DNA of 64,000 nt, from assembly GCA_965198225.1 (NCBI GenBank), contig CBDAOY010000006.1:288001-352000 (forward strand), given 5' to 3'. Each line of letters starts with the position of its first letter. Positions within the stretch are counted from its first letter, which is position 1. The stretch is from Terriglobia bacterium. GTDB taxonomy: Bacteria; Acidobacteriota; Terriglobia; 20CM-2-55-15. Positions 39,859-50,423 of this stretch are shown piece after piece. The notes beneath the pieces are model-generated. The model made no database searches. It had not been told where the DNA came from and worked only from the letters and a program-made list of their open reading frames with translations. Position numbers and translations under genes: made by a program.

Positions 39859-41271
39859 ATGCGTCGGATCGTGAGCACCCATATGGCAGTTTTCTTTGTT
39901 GTCCTCGGGACCGCGGTTCCGTCCTGGAGCCAGCAACCCGAGGAGATCGTCATTCGCGACGGCACGGTCGTGACCTCGGAAGGCCGTTACGACGCCGACG
40001 TGCGCACCCGCGGCGGCATCATCGTCGACATCGGCGAAAACCTGGAAGCGGGGGCCGGCGTCCGGGAACTGGATGCCACGGGCCTGCTTGTCATTCCCGG
40101 CGGCATCGATCCCCACGTGCACGTGCGCGACAACTCCGTCGACACCTATGAAAGCGGCTCTCGGTCTGCCCTGGCGGGCGGCTTGACGACGATCTCGAGC
40201 TTCCCGTTCCAACAGGCGCCGGTCCTTACCGGAGGGTTCCCCCCGGTGCGGAAGACCCTTGCCAGAGCCATCGAAGGCGAGGTCCCGTCGATCCGCCGGG
40301 ACGCGATCGCGGACTTCATGCTCCATCCGGTTATCGACGACCCGGACGCCCAGCAGCACGAGCTGGCTACCTTGAGCGCCGACACCGGCCAGACCACCAT
40401 CAAGGTCTTCATGGCCGGTCCCGATTTCGATGACAACGTCCGCGGCTACCTGGCGGTACTGGACGCGGCACGGGAGGCCGGCATTCTGACGATGTTTCAC
40501 TGCGAGGATGGGCCCATCGTAGAACGCGCCGTCGAGGAGCTGGCCGCTGCGGGTCGGACTGCGTTCCGGCACTTTGCGGACAGCAGACCGGCGCTCGCTG
40601 AGGTCGTCGCCACCCAGCGGGCCATGGCCATGGTCGAGGCGACCGGAGCACCGATGTACATCGTGCACCTTTCGGCGGAGGGGGCGCTGCGGGTCGCCCA
40701 ACAGGCACAGGCTCGGGGTCTGCCGGTGTTTGTCGAGACCCGGGCCATCTATCTGCACTTCACCCGGGAGAGTCTGGACCGTCCCGATCGCGAGCGCTTT
40801 CGCACCATGCCGCCGCTCCGGACCGCACGCGATCAGGACGCCCTCTGGACGGGAATCGCCAACGGGTCCATCCACGTGGTGGCCACCGACCACGGCAGCA
40901 TCGACAACCTGCAGATGATGCGTCCGATGTTGTTTTCCGATGGCGTCGTCACCGGCCGGATCTCGGCGGAGCGGTTCGTTGCGGTGACCGCGACCAACCC
41001 TGCCCGCCTGATGGGCCTCTATCCCCGCAAGGGGACCATCGCCGTCGGCTCGGACGCCGACATCGTGCTCTGGGATCCCGACGCGGTTCGGACGGTCCGG
41101 GACGAGGACATGTTCTCGAACAGGGGCTACTCGATCTATGCGGGCAGAGAAGTCACGGGTTGGCCCGTCGTGACGATCCGTCGGGGTGAGATCGTGTATG
41201 AGAACGGCGAATTTCGCGCCACGGCGGGAAGCGGACAACTGCTGCGGCGGAACCGATGGCAGGCTCCTTAG
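39859..41271 (+). CDS. Dihydropyrimidinase/dihydroorotase-like amidohydrolase with signal peptide
   Basis: GGAGG RBS; PGGIDPHVH, IKVFM, HCED, VHLS, ATDH, TNPARLMGLYPRKG. Confidence 0.88.
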   Translation: MRRIVSTHMAVFFVVLGTAVPSWSQQPEEIVIRDGTVVTSEGRYDADVRTRGGIIVDIGENLEAGAGVRELDATGLLVIPGGIDPHVHVRDNSVDTYESGSRSALAGGLTTISSFPFQQAPVLTGGFPPVRKTLARAIEGEVPSIRRDAIADFMLHPVIDDPDAQQHELATLSADTGQTTIKVFMAGPDFDDNVRGYLAVLDAAREAGILTMFHCEDGPIVERAVEELAAAGRTAFRHFADSRPALAEVVATQRAMAMVEATGAPMYIVHLSAEGALRVAQQAQARGLPVFVETRAIYLHFTRESLDRPDRERFRTMPPLRTARDQDALWTGIANGSIHVVATDHGSIDNLQMMRPMLFSDGVVTGRISAERFVAVTATNPARLMGLYPRKGTIAVGSDADIVLWDPDAVRTVRDEDMFSNRGYSIYAGREVTGWPVVTIRRGEIVYENGEFRATAGSGQLLRRNRWQAP

Positions 41272-41417
41272 CAGCCGTGATCGAGACGAAAAATAGAGTC
41301 GTCACTCAGCGGGAATCCTTGAGGAAGTTGGTTCCAGCGGCTTGAGGCAACCGTTCCTTCAGTTCTTCAATCCCGTTCGAGACGACGGCGGAACACCCGT
41401 GCCAACGATGCATCTTT

Positions 41418-41572
41418 GTGGCCTGTAACAGAGATAGTGACAGCGTCGCCAATGGGTCTTGCGGGTCCTCTCCCGAGTCGTTGTAGATCGAAAGGCATCG
41501 CCTTCCTAGCTCCTCTGCGGGGCTGACAAGACCCACCCATCGTCCCTTCCGGTTGCCGCGGAACAGCACCGT
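41418..41572. repeat. Partial copy of the MITE at 50424-50692
   Basis: GCCTGTAACAGAGATAGTGACAGCGTCG...GCGGAACAGCACCGT aligns by eye to about 50428-50580. Confidence 0.8.
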
Positions 41573-41824
41573 TCCGTCGCTGGCCCGCAGTTTGCTCAAC
41601 GTGTCGCGCGACTGATTCGTCGCCCAAATGTTGACCCCATCAAAGGGAGTGCGCACAGTTAGCGCCGCCGCACCTCGTCTTCCCGAGAAGACCAAGGAGA
41701 TTGTGCCGGGATGGGTACCGGGTTATATGTCTTGGGCAGGGGTGGCGGGACGGCGTTTCTTCTTCCTATCCGTGGAGATATTGATAGGTCGCTGTGGCCC
41801 CTTGAGAAACCTGATCGACTGCCT

Positions 41825-42260
41825 TTAGTCGGCGGTGACCTGCAGCTCGTAGAGGTTGTATACCAACACGCCAGTTTCAAGGTTGACTTGGCCGGCGCCA
41901 ATCGCTTGAACGCGGTTCAGCCACTTGTAACGGTCGTCGCCGGTCTGGAAGGTAGGGGCGGAAGCGATCAGTCCCGTAGCCATGTCGGCGCGTCCCCCAT
42001 ATTCAACGTAAATGATTGCTCCGTCGTCGGTTCTCAAGGTGAAACGGACGTCGAGAGAGCCAAGGGTTCCGTCCTCACTCATCGTTAGCCAGTCGGCAGC
42101 GTCGTTGGTTGCAAGAGTGGCATTTACGCGGTCGCTCTCGAGCTTGATCTCAGGTACATCGACCACGAGCCGCGTCCCCTTCGGACCCGCCCCGACTTCA
42201 ATCATATCCCCGAGCTGGGCGGTAATGGTGTCCCATTGGACTCAGTGTTGCTTTAGGCAT
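41825..42260 (-). pseudogene. DUF3237 family protein, frameshift near 42231
   Basis: GPKGTR, AADWL, LDVRFTLRTDDGAIIYVEYGGR, PTFQTGDDRYKWLN; upstream ATG at 42260 with GGAG RBS is out of frame. Confidence 0.75.
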
Positions 42261-42725
42261 AAATTTATCTCCACCTCTTTGTTTGTCGCCGACTGTTCAT
42301 TCGGCGCAGAATAAGTGTTTACTCGACTGTTGTATTTTGATCGGCGGCTAAAAGAGCCTTTAGCAGACTTCGTGGCCCAGCGGACGCACGTATAATATAT
42401 CGACTTTCCGTCATGATCTTCCGGCGGGATTCTATTTCGGGACGACGCTTATTTTTCCTATACTGGCGAACGCTGTGAACCATATTGATTCAATCGGAAC
42501 GCAAACAAACACGCGCCTACCCACCAGAGCGCAGGCTTCAGAACCCTTTAACTTTGGGGAGTGGTTTGTACCACTGACCTTCCCCAGAACTTAGGTCCGA
42601 CTCGAGCTGCGCCGCAAGGAAGCCGTCACTTCCATGACGATATTCGCGCTCCTTGTCATAGACTCAAGACAGGTAGTTAACAGCGTCCAGCTGACTGCAG
42701 CTTCCTGCACTGTTAGCCGGCGGAC

Positions 42726-43377
42726 ATGAAAAGGGTAAGGATGCGCCCTTGGTCGCGAGCAACTCTAGAAGAGTACCAGCGACTCACATGCGCCCTCGCG
42801 AGCAACTCTAGAAGAGTACCAGCGACTCACACTGCGTGCTCACAGCATACTGGCCGATGTGCCTCTGCATGACGTCTGGCGAGTTTCCCTCCGGGGCGGG
42901 CACACCTCCCGCACCATCAAGGATGTTCGCTCGGTCTTCCAAGCCCCGAGGAAGACACAACCTCTAAACTCAACCGTTCGCGCGCTCTTCGCGCTCCGAT
43001 GGTTTCTCGGACGTTTGTTTCGATGGGATGTTCCTTTGGCACAGCCGGAAGTCTGGTCTTTTCGAACGCGACTCTCCGAGGCTGACCGCCAGCTGTCGAT
43101 TGTCGAGCCCGGGACGCCCGAGGGACCGTTTTCTGTCTTGTACGTGCACCCGAGGGAGGCAGTCGATGAGATCCGGAACGCGACGGTCCATGCCTTCCTA
43201 GTTTGGTCCCTGGAGCCAGCGCCGGATGGTTATCAGCTCTTATGGGCGATTCACATCCTCCCAGTCAGCGCCTGGACAAAGCCGTATCTTGCGGTGATCG
43301 ATCCCTTCCGGCGCTGGTTGGTATACCCGTCGTTGTTGCGACGCATTCATGAAGCGTGGTCCCATGAGTTCAAGTGA
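42726..43377 (+). pseudogene. DUF2867-like protein, 5' end disrupted by a 43-bp tandem duplication
   Basis: LEEYQRLTLRAHSILADVPLHDVW...LFALRWFLGRLF...EIRNATVHAFL...YLAVIDPFRRWLVYP; 36-bp exact repeat at 42753 and 42796. Confidence 0.6.
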
Positions 43378-43718
43378 GCAACCGGGAACATGGTCACAGC
43401 GCGATGAAGCTGACCTTGCCCACGATCTCTACGACTTGGGGGGGGAGGCACTGCTACAAGTAGCCGACTGCTCAGGAGTGGAAGAATCGGTAAACGCTGC
43501 GGCGTTACTCAGGACTAATCGTCGTCGATTGCACCCAAGGTCGTAACCAGTGAAAATCCGGCGCTCATTATAAGACTTTGGCCGATAAGTAAAACAAAAG
43601 GGGTTCGCAGTGCAGGGGGTGGCGGGACGGCTCAAAACGCGAGTTTTCGCTTCTGGAATCGAACGCCGCGTCGAGATCCAGGCTATCGCAAAAGGTCCGG
43701 ACGGTCGGGGCGCGAGTC

Positions 43719-45245
43719 TCAGCCAGTCGGCGGACCGGGTCGCGGATCGCGCCTCTCGATCGAAAACTCGTCGAAGACCGCGTCGTCGTTTCGACGCACA
43801 CGGAAGGTGGCCGTCCACGTGCCGTCGGCGTTGTTGATCAGCTCCATCTCCAGCATGCTCGCATACCGGTCGTCCTCAGCCCAGTCGTAGTGCCACTGCC
43901 GGAAGAACGGTGCCTGGTCGTCGCCATTGACCGACATCCACTTCTCCCACCCTTTCTGTGCCTGGCGCGACACGCTGCCCGAGTTGCCGACCACGAAGTA
44001 GTTGATGTTGCGTTCGTCGCCCGCGTCTCGCAACGGACCCAATCCTACGAGGCTGCGCTCGGCCAGATGGTCGTGCGACGAGATCACCGCGTCGACGCCG
44101 TACTCGCGGAAGAGCGGATCCAGCGCCCGAAGCTCGTGGCCTCGCTGCGTATCGTTCCTCTTCTCAGAAGTTCCATGCACGCCGCTGGAGTACGGCGAAG
44201 GGTGGGACAGCACCACGGTCATTACGCTCTGCTCCCGCGCGTCCGCCAGCTGAGCCTTGAGCCATCGATACTGCTCACTGCCGGGTTCCCAGTCAGGCGT
44301 CGAGCCGTCGTGCAGGAAGTCGTGATTGTCGAGTTTGTCGTCCGAGGTGTTGTTGGCGTCGAGTACGACAAACGTCACGGCTCCATACGTCAGCACGTAG
44401 TAGCGTTCGTCCCACCGACTGTCGGTCGACCCGTTGGAAGGGTGTGCCACGATGGCTTTAAACCGCTCCATCGAGTCGACCGTCAAGTCGTAGTAGTCGG
44501 CGTCACCGGGGGGATACTGCGGCAGGTTCGCGATCTCGTGATTGCCGACGACGAGGTGGTACGGCACAGTGCTCCCGGTCGTAGCACCGGGGTCAGCTGC
44601 GTCGGTGGCCGTCATGATCCGGCGCAGGAAACGTCCCCAGTGGTCGACGGAGCCATACTCAACGATATCCCCCAGCTCGAAGATCAGGTCCGATGAGGCG
44701 GCCTTGGCGACCATGCTGCGATGACGCGCGATCACGTGAGAATCGTCGGTGCGGCCGTCGCCGAGGATACTGAACTTCACGCTGCTGTGTCGTTGTTTGG
44801 CCGTCCGGAATTGGTAGCTGTCGCTCACGGCGTCGCCAGAACGCACGCGATAGAGATGCGGGGTTTCCGGAGTCAGCGCAGTGAGCGTCGCTTCGTGGAG
44901 CCACTTGTCCATCTCCTCGACGTACTCGTTCGTCGCCGGCGTCTGCGTGTCCAGCTCTGTCACCCCGTGCTCCACAAAGCTCTTCCGCTGGCTCACATGC
45001 GTCCACCACAACACCGTCATCCCAGTGGGCGAGGGATTCTGCAGGTAGGGCAGGACCCAGAACGCCGCCGGCACTGCGGCTCCTTGCTCGGACCCACGCG
45101 TGGGTGTGCTCCTAGAAGCCGCGCAGGCTGTGACGAAGGCCATGACCATCACAGCGATGAGCAGGACGCGACGCGGAACGAGGGGATGCCTCGCGCTGAG
45201 GCGCCTCATGACTCTTCGTGGAGCGCGCGGTCGCGATCGGTTCAT
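43719..45245 (-). CDS. Purple acid phosphatase-like metallophosphoesterase (FN3-like + calcineurin-like domains)
   Basis: PYLQ, GDGR, GDIV, GNHE, SHDH motifs; start uncertain. Confidence 0.85.
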   Translation of the reverse strand: MNRSRPRAPRRVMRRLSARHPLVPRRVLLIAVMVMAFVTACAASRSTPTRGSEQGAAVPAAFWVLPYLQNPSPTGMTVLWWTHVSQRKSFVEHGVTELDTQTPATNEYVEEMDKWLHEATLTALTPETPHLYRVRSGDAVSDSYQFRTAKQRHSSVKFSILGDGRTDDSHVIARHRSMVAKAASSDLIFELGDIVEYGSVDHWGRFLRRIMTATDAADPGATTGSTVPYHLVVGNHEIANLPQYPPGDADYYDLTVDSMERFKAIVAHPSNGSTDSRWDERYYVLTYGAVTFVVLDANNTSDDKLDNHDFLHDGSTPDWEPGSEQYRWLKAQLADAREQSVMTVVLSHPSPYSSGVHGTSEKRNDTQRGHELRALDPLFREYGVDAVISSHDHLAERSLVGLGPLRDAGDERNINYFVVGNSGSVSRQAQKGWEKWMSVNGDDQAPFFRQWHYDWAEDDRYASMLEMELINNADGTWTATFRVRRNDDAVFDEFSIERRDPRPGPPTG

Positions 45246-45361
45246 AGGACCTCTCAAATCAAGACGAAAGCCTCTGCCTGTTCAGGGAACATATGCGCTG
45301 CCGTGGCCAGAATCACATCTTGCCAAGCCTACACACTCACGAACGGTGAGTAAAATAGTTG

Positions 45362-45640
45362 TCATGCGCCAGCAGTTCGTGCTCCACTCGGCATCGGGTT
45401 TGCGTTGCCGCAGACCCCGTACCGCATCATATCAACGCCCTTAGAATTCCAGGTTCTTGCGAACATGTTATTGGTCCAGGTCGCCGCCCGAAGTCGCCCC
45501 TTCACACCCGCGATCTCGAGTCCCACCCCGACGTATTTCAGGTGGAGCTCGGTTAAAGCGTAGCCACTCGCTTCGTTGAGCCCACGGTTCCGGCACCGGG
45601 GACGTGGATGTGCCAAGCGGTTTCAAACGCCATGACTGTA
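45362..45640 (-). pseudogene. Degenerate paralogous fragment of the 45693-46316 protein
   Basis: NEASGY..LKYVGVGLE...ATWTNNMFARTW...YGVC aligns to NEAEGY..LRYVGVGIE...AAWSNNVFTRVW...HGVC. Confidence 0.6.
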
Positions 45641-45692
45641 TTCTCTGCGCCGGGTCTTCGACGGAACCCGTCCAAGTTGGCGGCGGCGCGGG

Positions 45693-46316
45693 TTACGCGT
45701 TCTTGTCCCCGAGCTGCTCCACGGACGCAGTCGAGGAGTCGCACACGCCATGTTGGTATATCATCTGCTTCTTGTTTAGGTCATGGCGCTCAAGCTCCCA
45801 GACTCTAGTGAACACGTTGTTGCTCCACGCGGCTGCCAGACGCGGCCAGGCGCCCGGGGGATCTTCGATCCCTACCCCGACGTACCGTAGACGGGTCCCG
45901 GAAGCATAGCCCTCCGCCTCGTTGAGCCATTCCTCTGGCTCGAAGTCCCATTTGATCCAGTGGGCAAATCCGAAGGTCGAGTTCGGCTCGATTGGCAAGT
46001 CCGTTTTCATCAACCGGATTTCCACTGTTCCGGTTGCCGCCTCTTTCTTCTCGGGAGTCAATGTTGTCGACTTATAGGTGCCGTCCCAAACCCCTGTGGG
46101 CTGGCCTACGTCCTTTACGAGCTCTTCCTTGGCGAGAGCACCGCGATACATCGGGAGCGCAAACTGGCCCTCCACATGCTTAAAATCGTCGGCGACCGTT
46201 GGACGGAAGACGATCACGCCGATTTCCCGGAAAAATCCTTCTGCCCAGGGTGGTTTGGCAGCGGTGTATTGCAAAGTCGGGTCAGAAAGTTGAAGCATGT
46301 CAATGAGTTGAAGCAT
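45693..46316 (-). CDS. Hypothetical protein (207 aa)
   Basis: GAGGAGG RBS; supported by the adjacent paralogous fragment. Confidence 0.7.
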   Translation of the reverse strand: MLQLIDMLQLSDPTLQYTAAKPPWAEGFFREIGVIVFRPTVADDFKHVEGQFALPMYRGALAKEELVKDVGQPTGVWDGTYKSTTLTPEKKEAATGTVEIRLMKTDLPIEPNSTFGFAHWIKWDFEPEEWLNEAEGYASGTRLRYVGVGIEDPPGAWPRLAAAWSNNVFTRVWELERHDLNKKQMIYQHGVCDSSTASVEQLGDKNA

Positions 46317-46789
46317 TTTGAATCCTCCTCGATGGCATCGCGACGAGCGGCCGGCTCAGACAGCGCTCGGGATGAGCGTAATTATGCTGGTCAGTCTTGA
46401 CTCTTGAGATCTCCTGGAACGATTTCCCGGAGCAGGGAGAAAGCCTCTGCCTTCCTGCACCCGGACTCCCTCCCCTTTTGATAGCCGGGGCCTCGGGCGG
46501 TGGCAGTCACGGGCCAACTACGTCAAGTGCCAACTACCTGGAAAAGTGAAACGTCTGATTACTCCTCCCTTGTCGCCAAGGGTTTATCCATCCTGCCGAA
46601 GTGAATGGCTCTACCCTTCGGCGTTTATCAGGAGCAACCCACGGGAAAGGAATATTTTTTAGCATTTTACAGGCTGCATTCAAACGCGTTTGTGGCTAGC
46701 GGCCGGGTAAAACCTTACACCCATACGACGACATTGACAGCCCTGCCATGGTCGTCAGACTCTGCTTGTTCCGCTTATGCGCTCGAGGC

Positions 46790-46937
46790 CAGTGAAATCG
46801 TCCAGGTGACTGCCAGGGACACAGCCGGGGAGAAGACCTTCTCGGTGCGGATGCGAAGCCATACTCCCGTGAAGCTCGAGTACTACCTGCACGGCGGGAT
46901 CCTGCAGTATGTCCTGCGGCAGACTCTCGCGGCTTGA
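46790..46937 (+). pseudogene. acnA: Aconitase A C-terminal fragment
   Basis: TPVKLEYYLHGGILQYVLRQ matches the AcnA C-terminus; the rest of the gene is absent. Confidence 0.7.
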
Positions 46938-46962
46938 TCAACTAGCGGACTGTCATAATCCA

Positions 46963-48159
46963 CTAGCCCAGCGAGCGACCGGCGATCCAGCTTCCTCCGA
47001 TGATCGTCCCAAGCGTGCTTCCCAGGTTCGAGAGCACGACGACCAGCAGAATGCGACTCACCGGGTTGGTCCAGAAACCCTTGACCGTGCTGATCGACTC
47101 GGACAGATTCTCGAGGTCTTCAACCGTCGGCTTCTTGAGGACCGCTTGCGCCAGGCCCGAGACCCAACCGGCGGCGATCATTGGGTTCAGGCTGGTAAGC
47201 GGCGCCGCTACGAAGGCGGTGAGAATGGTCAGCGGATGCCCCAGCGCAAGGAGTGCACCGAGTGCGGAGAACGTGCCGTTGACCAGCACCCAGATGGCCA
47301 CCGACTCCAGCGAGTGCTGTGCTCCGCCTATGAAGAAACCGTAAACAATCAGTCCGACGATCGCCACAGGGATGCCCCACTTGAGGAGCTGCGGCCAGAA
47401 CGAGGGCTTGGGTTGCTGTTCAAGGGGCCCAAAGGGGGTGTCCTTCTGGATCTCCTGCAGGATGCCGGGAACGTGGCCTGCGCCCAAGATCGCGACGACA
47501 GTCTTGCCTTCGGCGCTGCGGATCTTCTGCGACAGGTAGACGTCTCGTTCATCGATCAATGTGCCCTTGACGGTGGGGAATTCCTTGGCCAGGAGCCCCA
47601 GCACGTCGGCAAGCTGTTCCTCCTGCTTGATCTCCTCGACGGTTTCCGCGTCGATCTTGCCGACGAAGAACAGGCTCATCATGAGCTGTCCCATCATCTT
47701 CAGCTTGCTCCAGAAACCCAGATTGCCCCAGGTCCGGCGCAGAGTGATCTGAATATCGCGGTCGGCCAGCACCAACGCTGCCTGCCGCTTCTCCGCCAGC
47801 CGGATTCCTTCGACCATTTCTGCGCCCGGAGTGACGCCGAGTTGCTGCGCGATGCGGCGCTGGTACGAGCTCATGATGAGGGAGCTCAGGAGAATCATGG
47901 CCTTTTTCTCGCGGATGATCTTGACGATGTTGGTTCGCTTCCACTGCTCGCGATCCATGATGTTGCGGTAGCGCGACTCGCAGAGTTCGACGCATATCGA
48001 GTCGGGATTGACGGCGGCGATGGTATCTCGGACGTCCTGAACGCTCTGCTTCGAGACGTGGGCCGTGGCGACGAGGTAGATCTGCCGGCCCTCGAGTTCT
48101 ACCTTCTTGACGCAGGAGGGGATCTCCGGCGTGGGTTTGGTGGGCTCGATTTCCGTCAT
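46963..48159 (-). CDS. TraB/GumN (pheromone shutdown) family membrane protein
   Basis: LVATAHVS, CVELC, PGAEM, LIDERD, GAGHVPG; C-terminal TMs with APLTSLNP..AAGW. Confidence 0.9.
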   Translation of the reverse strand: MTEIEPTKPTPEIPSCVKKVELEGRQIYLVATAHVSKQSVQDVRDTIAAVNPDSICVELCESRYRNIMDREQWKRTNIVKIIREKKAMILLSSLIMSSYQRRIAQQLGVTPGAEMVEGIRLAEKRQAALVLADRDIQITLRRTWGNLGFWSKLKMMGQLMMSLFFVGKIDAETVEEIKQEEQLADVLGLLAKEFPTVKGTLIDERDVYLSQKIRSAEGKTVVAILGAGHVPGILQEIQKDTPFGPLEQQPKPSFWPQLLKWGIPVAIVGLIVYGFFIGGAQHSLESVAIWVLVNGTFSALGALLALGHPLTILTAFVAAPLTSLNPMIAAGWVSGLAQAVLKKPTVEDLENLSESISTVKGFWTNPVSRILLVVVLSNLGSTLGTIIGGSWIAGRSLG

Positions 48160-48170
48160 GGAGTGTCCGC

Positions 48171-48470
48171 TTATCCCTTCAAGGCCTTGCCCAGCTTGAG
48201 TCGCAGGCGGTCCTCGATCCTGTGGTCATCCCGCCATCCCACCAGGTTTGCCGGCAGACCGTGCAGGAACATCGCGAAGTGCAATGGGTCACCACCGGCA
48301 AGATCGGTCTCGCCCTTGCGGCCCAGAGTATCGACGCGGGCAACTTCCTGCCTCTCGCTGACGTCCACCGAGGAGAGGTGGCTGTAAAGAGACATCAAAC
48401 TGTAGCCATGGTTGACCACCCCATTGCCGTAAATGCCGAATGAGCCGGCTCTCAAGACGATAAGGCCGAC
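48171..48470 (-). pseudogene. M23 family peptidase C-terminal fragment
   Basis: GIYGN..NHGYSLMSLYSHLS...GETDLAGGDPLHFAM; HxH motif degenerate; N-terminus missing. Confidence 0.65.
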
Positions 48471-48865
48471 AGCGTGCACCTCTCAGGGGCATTATCACCC
48501 GTTCTCATGTATCCGTTCTATCGGTCGAAATCCAGAGGAACTCAAACAACAAGTACCAGTGTCGGGATTCGGGTCGTCAGGTCCTTACAAATGCGGTTGT
48601 AGGACTTTACCCTCTGGCATTAATGGCGGCCCCCCGAAAAGTGCCCTTAGCAACGAGCAGCGGGATTACCTGCCATAAGTCGCCAAGGGATGACCTATGC
48701 GCCGTCAACAATTCCCCATCACTGCGGCGTTAGTCAGGAGCTGTCCGGAAGACGGATGTCGTAGAAGCCGGTTCGGGCGGGTCAGGTGTCCGTCGGTAAC
48801 TAATTCTAGTTATCGTAACCCTTCCACTAACCCGTAACTAAAATTCTGGGAAGCCCCGGTATCGG

Positions 48866-50299
48866 CTAGCGATTGCCGAGCGCCCCTCGCAGTTTGTCGG
48901 CTAGTGATCCAAAGGACGCCGTCGCCGGGGCATCCGGACGCTCGGCGTACTCCCGTAGTTCCGCTTGCTCCCGTTGCTTGGCGACCGCCGTCTTGCTGAG
49001 GCGAATCCGGCCCCCGGCCGGATCAACCTCAAGCACCATCACTTCAACCTCGCTGCCCAGGGGAAAGGCCCGCAGCATGTCCTGGTCGCGGTCCACCCCG
49101 GTTTCCGCAGTCGGTATGAGGCCAGTCTTGCCAGGTGCCAGGAACACGAACACGCCGAACGTCTCGTGCCGCTCCACCTTTCCGACCAGGATCGCCCCCT
49201 CCACGATGCCACTCTGCGGTGCTCGGGCTCCGGCCGTGCGGGTGGAGCCTTCCTCCAGCATTGCGACACCCATACGCTGCTTCTCGGAGTCGATGCTCAA
49301 AATCTCGAACGCGGCGGTGTCGCCCACAGCGATGGACTTCGTCCACCCGTCGGCGCGCGCCGTTGGGGCGAACGTCGAGCTGTGCGCAAGCGCCTCGATG
49401 CCAGGTTCCAGCTCTACGAAGGCACCGAACTCCATCATTCGGGTGACGCGGCCCGTGTACACCTGGCCCACTTCGTAGCGGGTCGCCACCCCGGTCCACG
49501 GATCCTTCTGGAGCTGTTTCAGCCCGAGCGAAATCCTGTCGGCGTCCTCGTCCACGCGCAGCACCTGGACAGTGATCTGATCGCCGGGCGCCACTATTTC
49601 GCTGGGACTGCTCACGCGCGACCAGCTCATCTGGGACACATGCAGCAGGCCCTGGATGCCGCCACCCAAATCCACGAACGCGCCGAATTCGGGCACCGAG
49701 ACGACGCGCCCCGTGAGCACCGCGCCGGCTACGATGGATTTGCGAACCTCGGCCGCAACGGCGCGCTGCTCCTCTTCGAGCTGCTTGCGCCTCGAGACCA
49801 CGATATTCTTGCCGCCTTCCTTGTACTCGATGATGCGGAACGTGTAGACCTGCCCCTCGTGTACGGCCGGATCGGATGTGCGGGCGATGTCGATTTGCGA
49901 CATCGGGCAGAACGCGCGCTCTCGGGCGATGCGCACCTCGTAGCCGCCCTTTATCGCAGTCTCGACCTTACCCTCTATGGCGAGGCCGTCCTGGAATGCA
50001 TCTTCGATTTCGCGCTGGGTGGCAGCGTTGCGTACGCCCCTCCGCGACAGCGTGATGCCTCTGGTCGTGGAGACGACGATGGCCTGGAGGGGATCGCCAA
50101 CCGCGACTTCCAGGTTGCCGTCGGCGTCTTTCAGTTCCGCGACGTCGATCTGGGCCTCGCTCTTGCCGCCCACGCTGACAAGGGCCACCTCGGCGCCGAT
50201 GGCCACGATCGTGCCATCGACGGTCTGGCCCCGGTCGAAGCGCTTGGCCCCGACCGACGCTTCGAACATCGCGGCGAAATCTTCGTCTGGTTCGTTCAT
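48866..50299 (-). CDS. rpsA: 30S ribosomal protein S1-like protein with multiple S1 domains (possibly a paralog)
   Basis: EDFAAMFE N-terminus; repeated FGAFVDLGG..GLLHVSQMSW, FGAFVELEPGIEAL and FGVFVFL domains. Confidence 0.75.
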   Translation of the reverse strand: MNEPDEDFAAMFEASVGAKRFDRGQTVDGTIVAIGAEVALVSVGGKSEAQIDVAELKDADGNLEVAVGDPLQAIVVSTTRGITLSRRGVRNAATQREIEDAFQDGLAIEGKVETAIKGGYEVRIARERAFCPMSQIDIARTSDPAVHEGQVYTFRIIEYKEGGKNIVVSRRKQLEEEQRAVAAEVRKSIVAGAVLTGRVVSVPEFGAFVDLGGGIQGLLHVSQMSWSRVSSPSEIVAPGDQITVQVLRVDEDADRISLGLKQLQKDPWTGVATRYEVGQVYTGRVTRMMEFGAFVELEPGIEALAHSSTFAPTARADGWTKSIAVGDTAAFEILSIDSEKQRMGVAMLEEGSTRTAGARAPQSGIVEGAILVGKVERHETFGVFVFLAPGKTGLIPTAETGVDRDQDMLRAFPLGSEVEVMVLEVDPAGGRIRLSKTAVAKQREQAELREYAERPDAPATASFGSLADKLRGALGNR

Positions 50300-50423
50300 T
50301 GCATACACCTCGGAACTGGAACGGAAGCGATTATACCAGCGCATATTTTTGAACCGCAACGCCACCCGCAGCCTACGGCTGACATGTGATTGATGGAATC
50401 GCACCAACGAGCTGAGTCGTTCC

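Noticed and set aside
42753-42831. Two 36-bp direct repeats resembling a CRISPR array
   Set aside because: Only two units, a 7-bp gap, located in coding sequence, no cas genes; a tandem duplication
41736-43631. Short repeat GCAGGGG(G)TGGCGGGACGGC at about 41736 and 43612
   Set aside because: Two short GC-rich copies with no extended homology; cannot be interpreted
840-50393. Long antisense and alternate-frame ORFs (e.g. 11338-12162, 31484-32299, 39805-41238, 46909-48387, 48965-50389)
   Set aside because: Shadow ORFs of GC-rich genes; their recurrence simply mirrors kinase conservation
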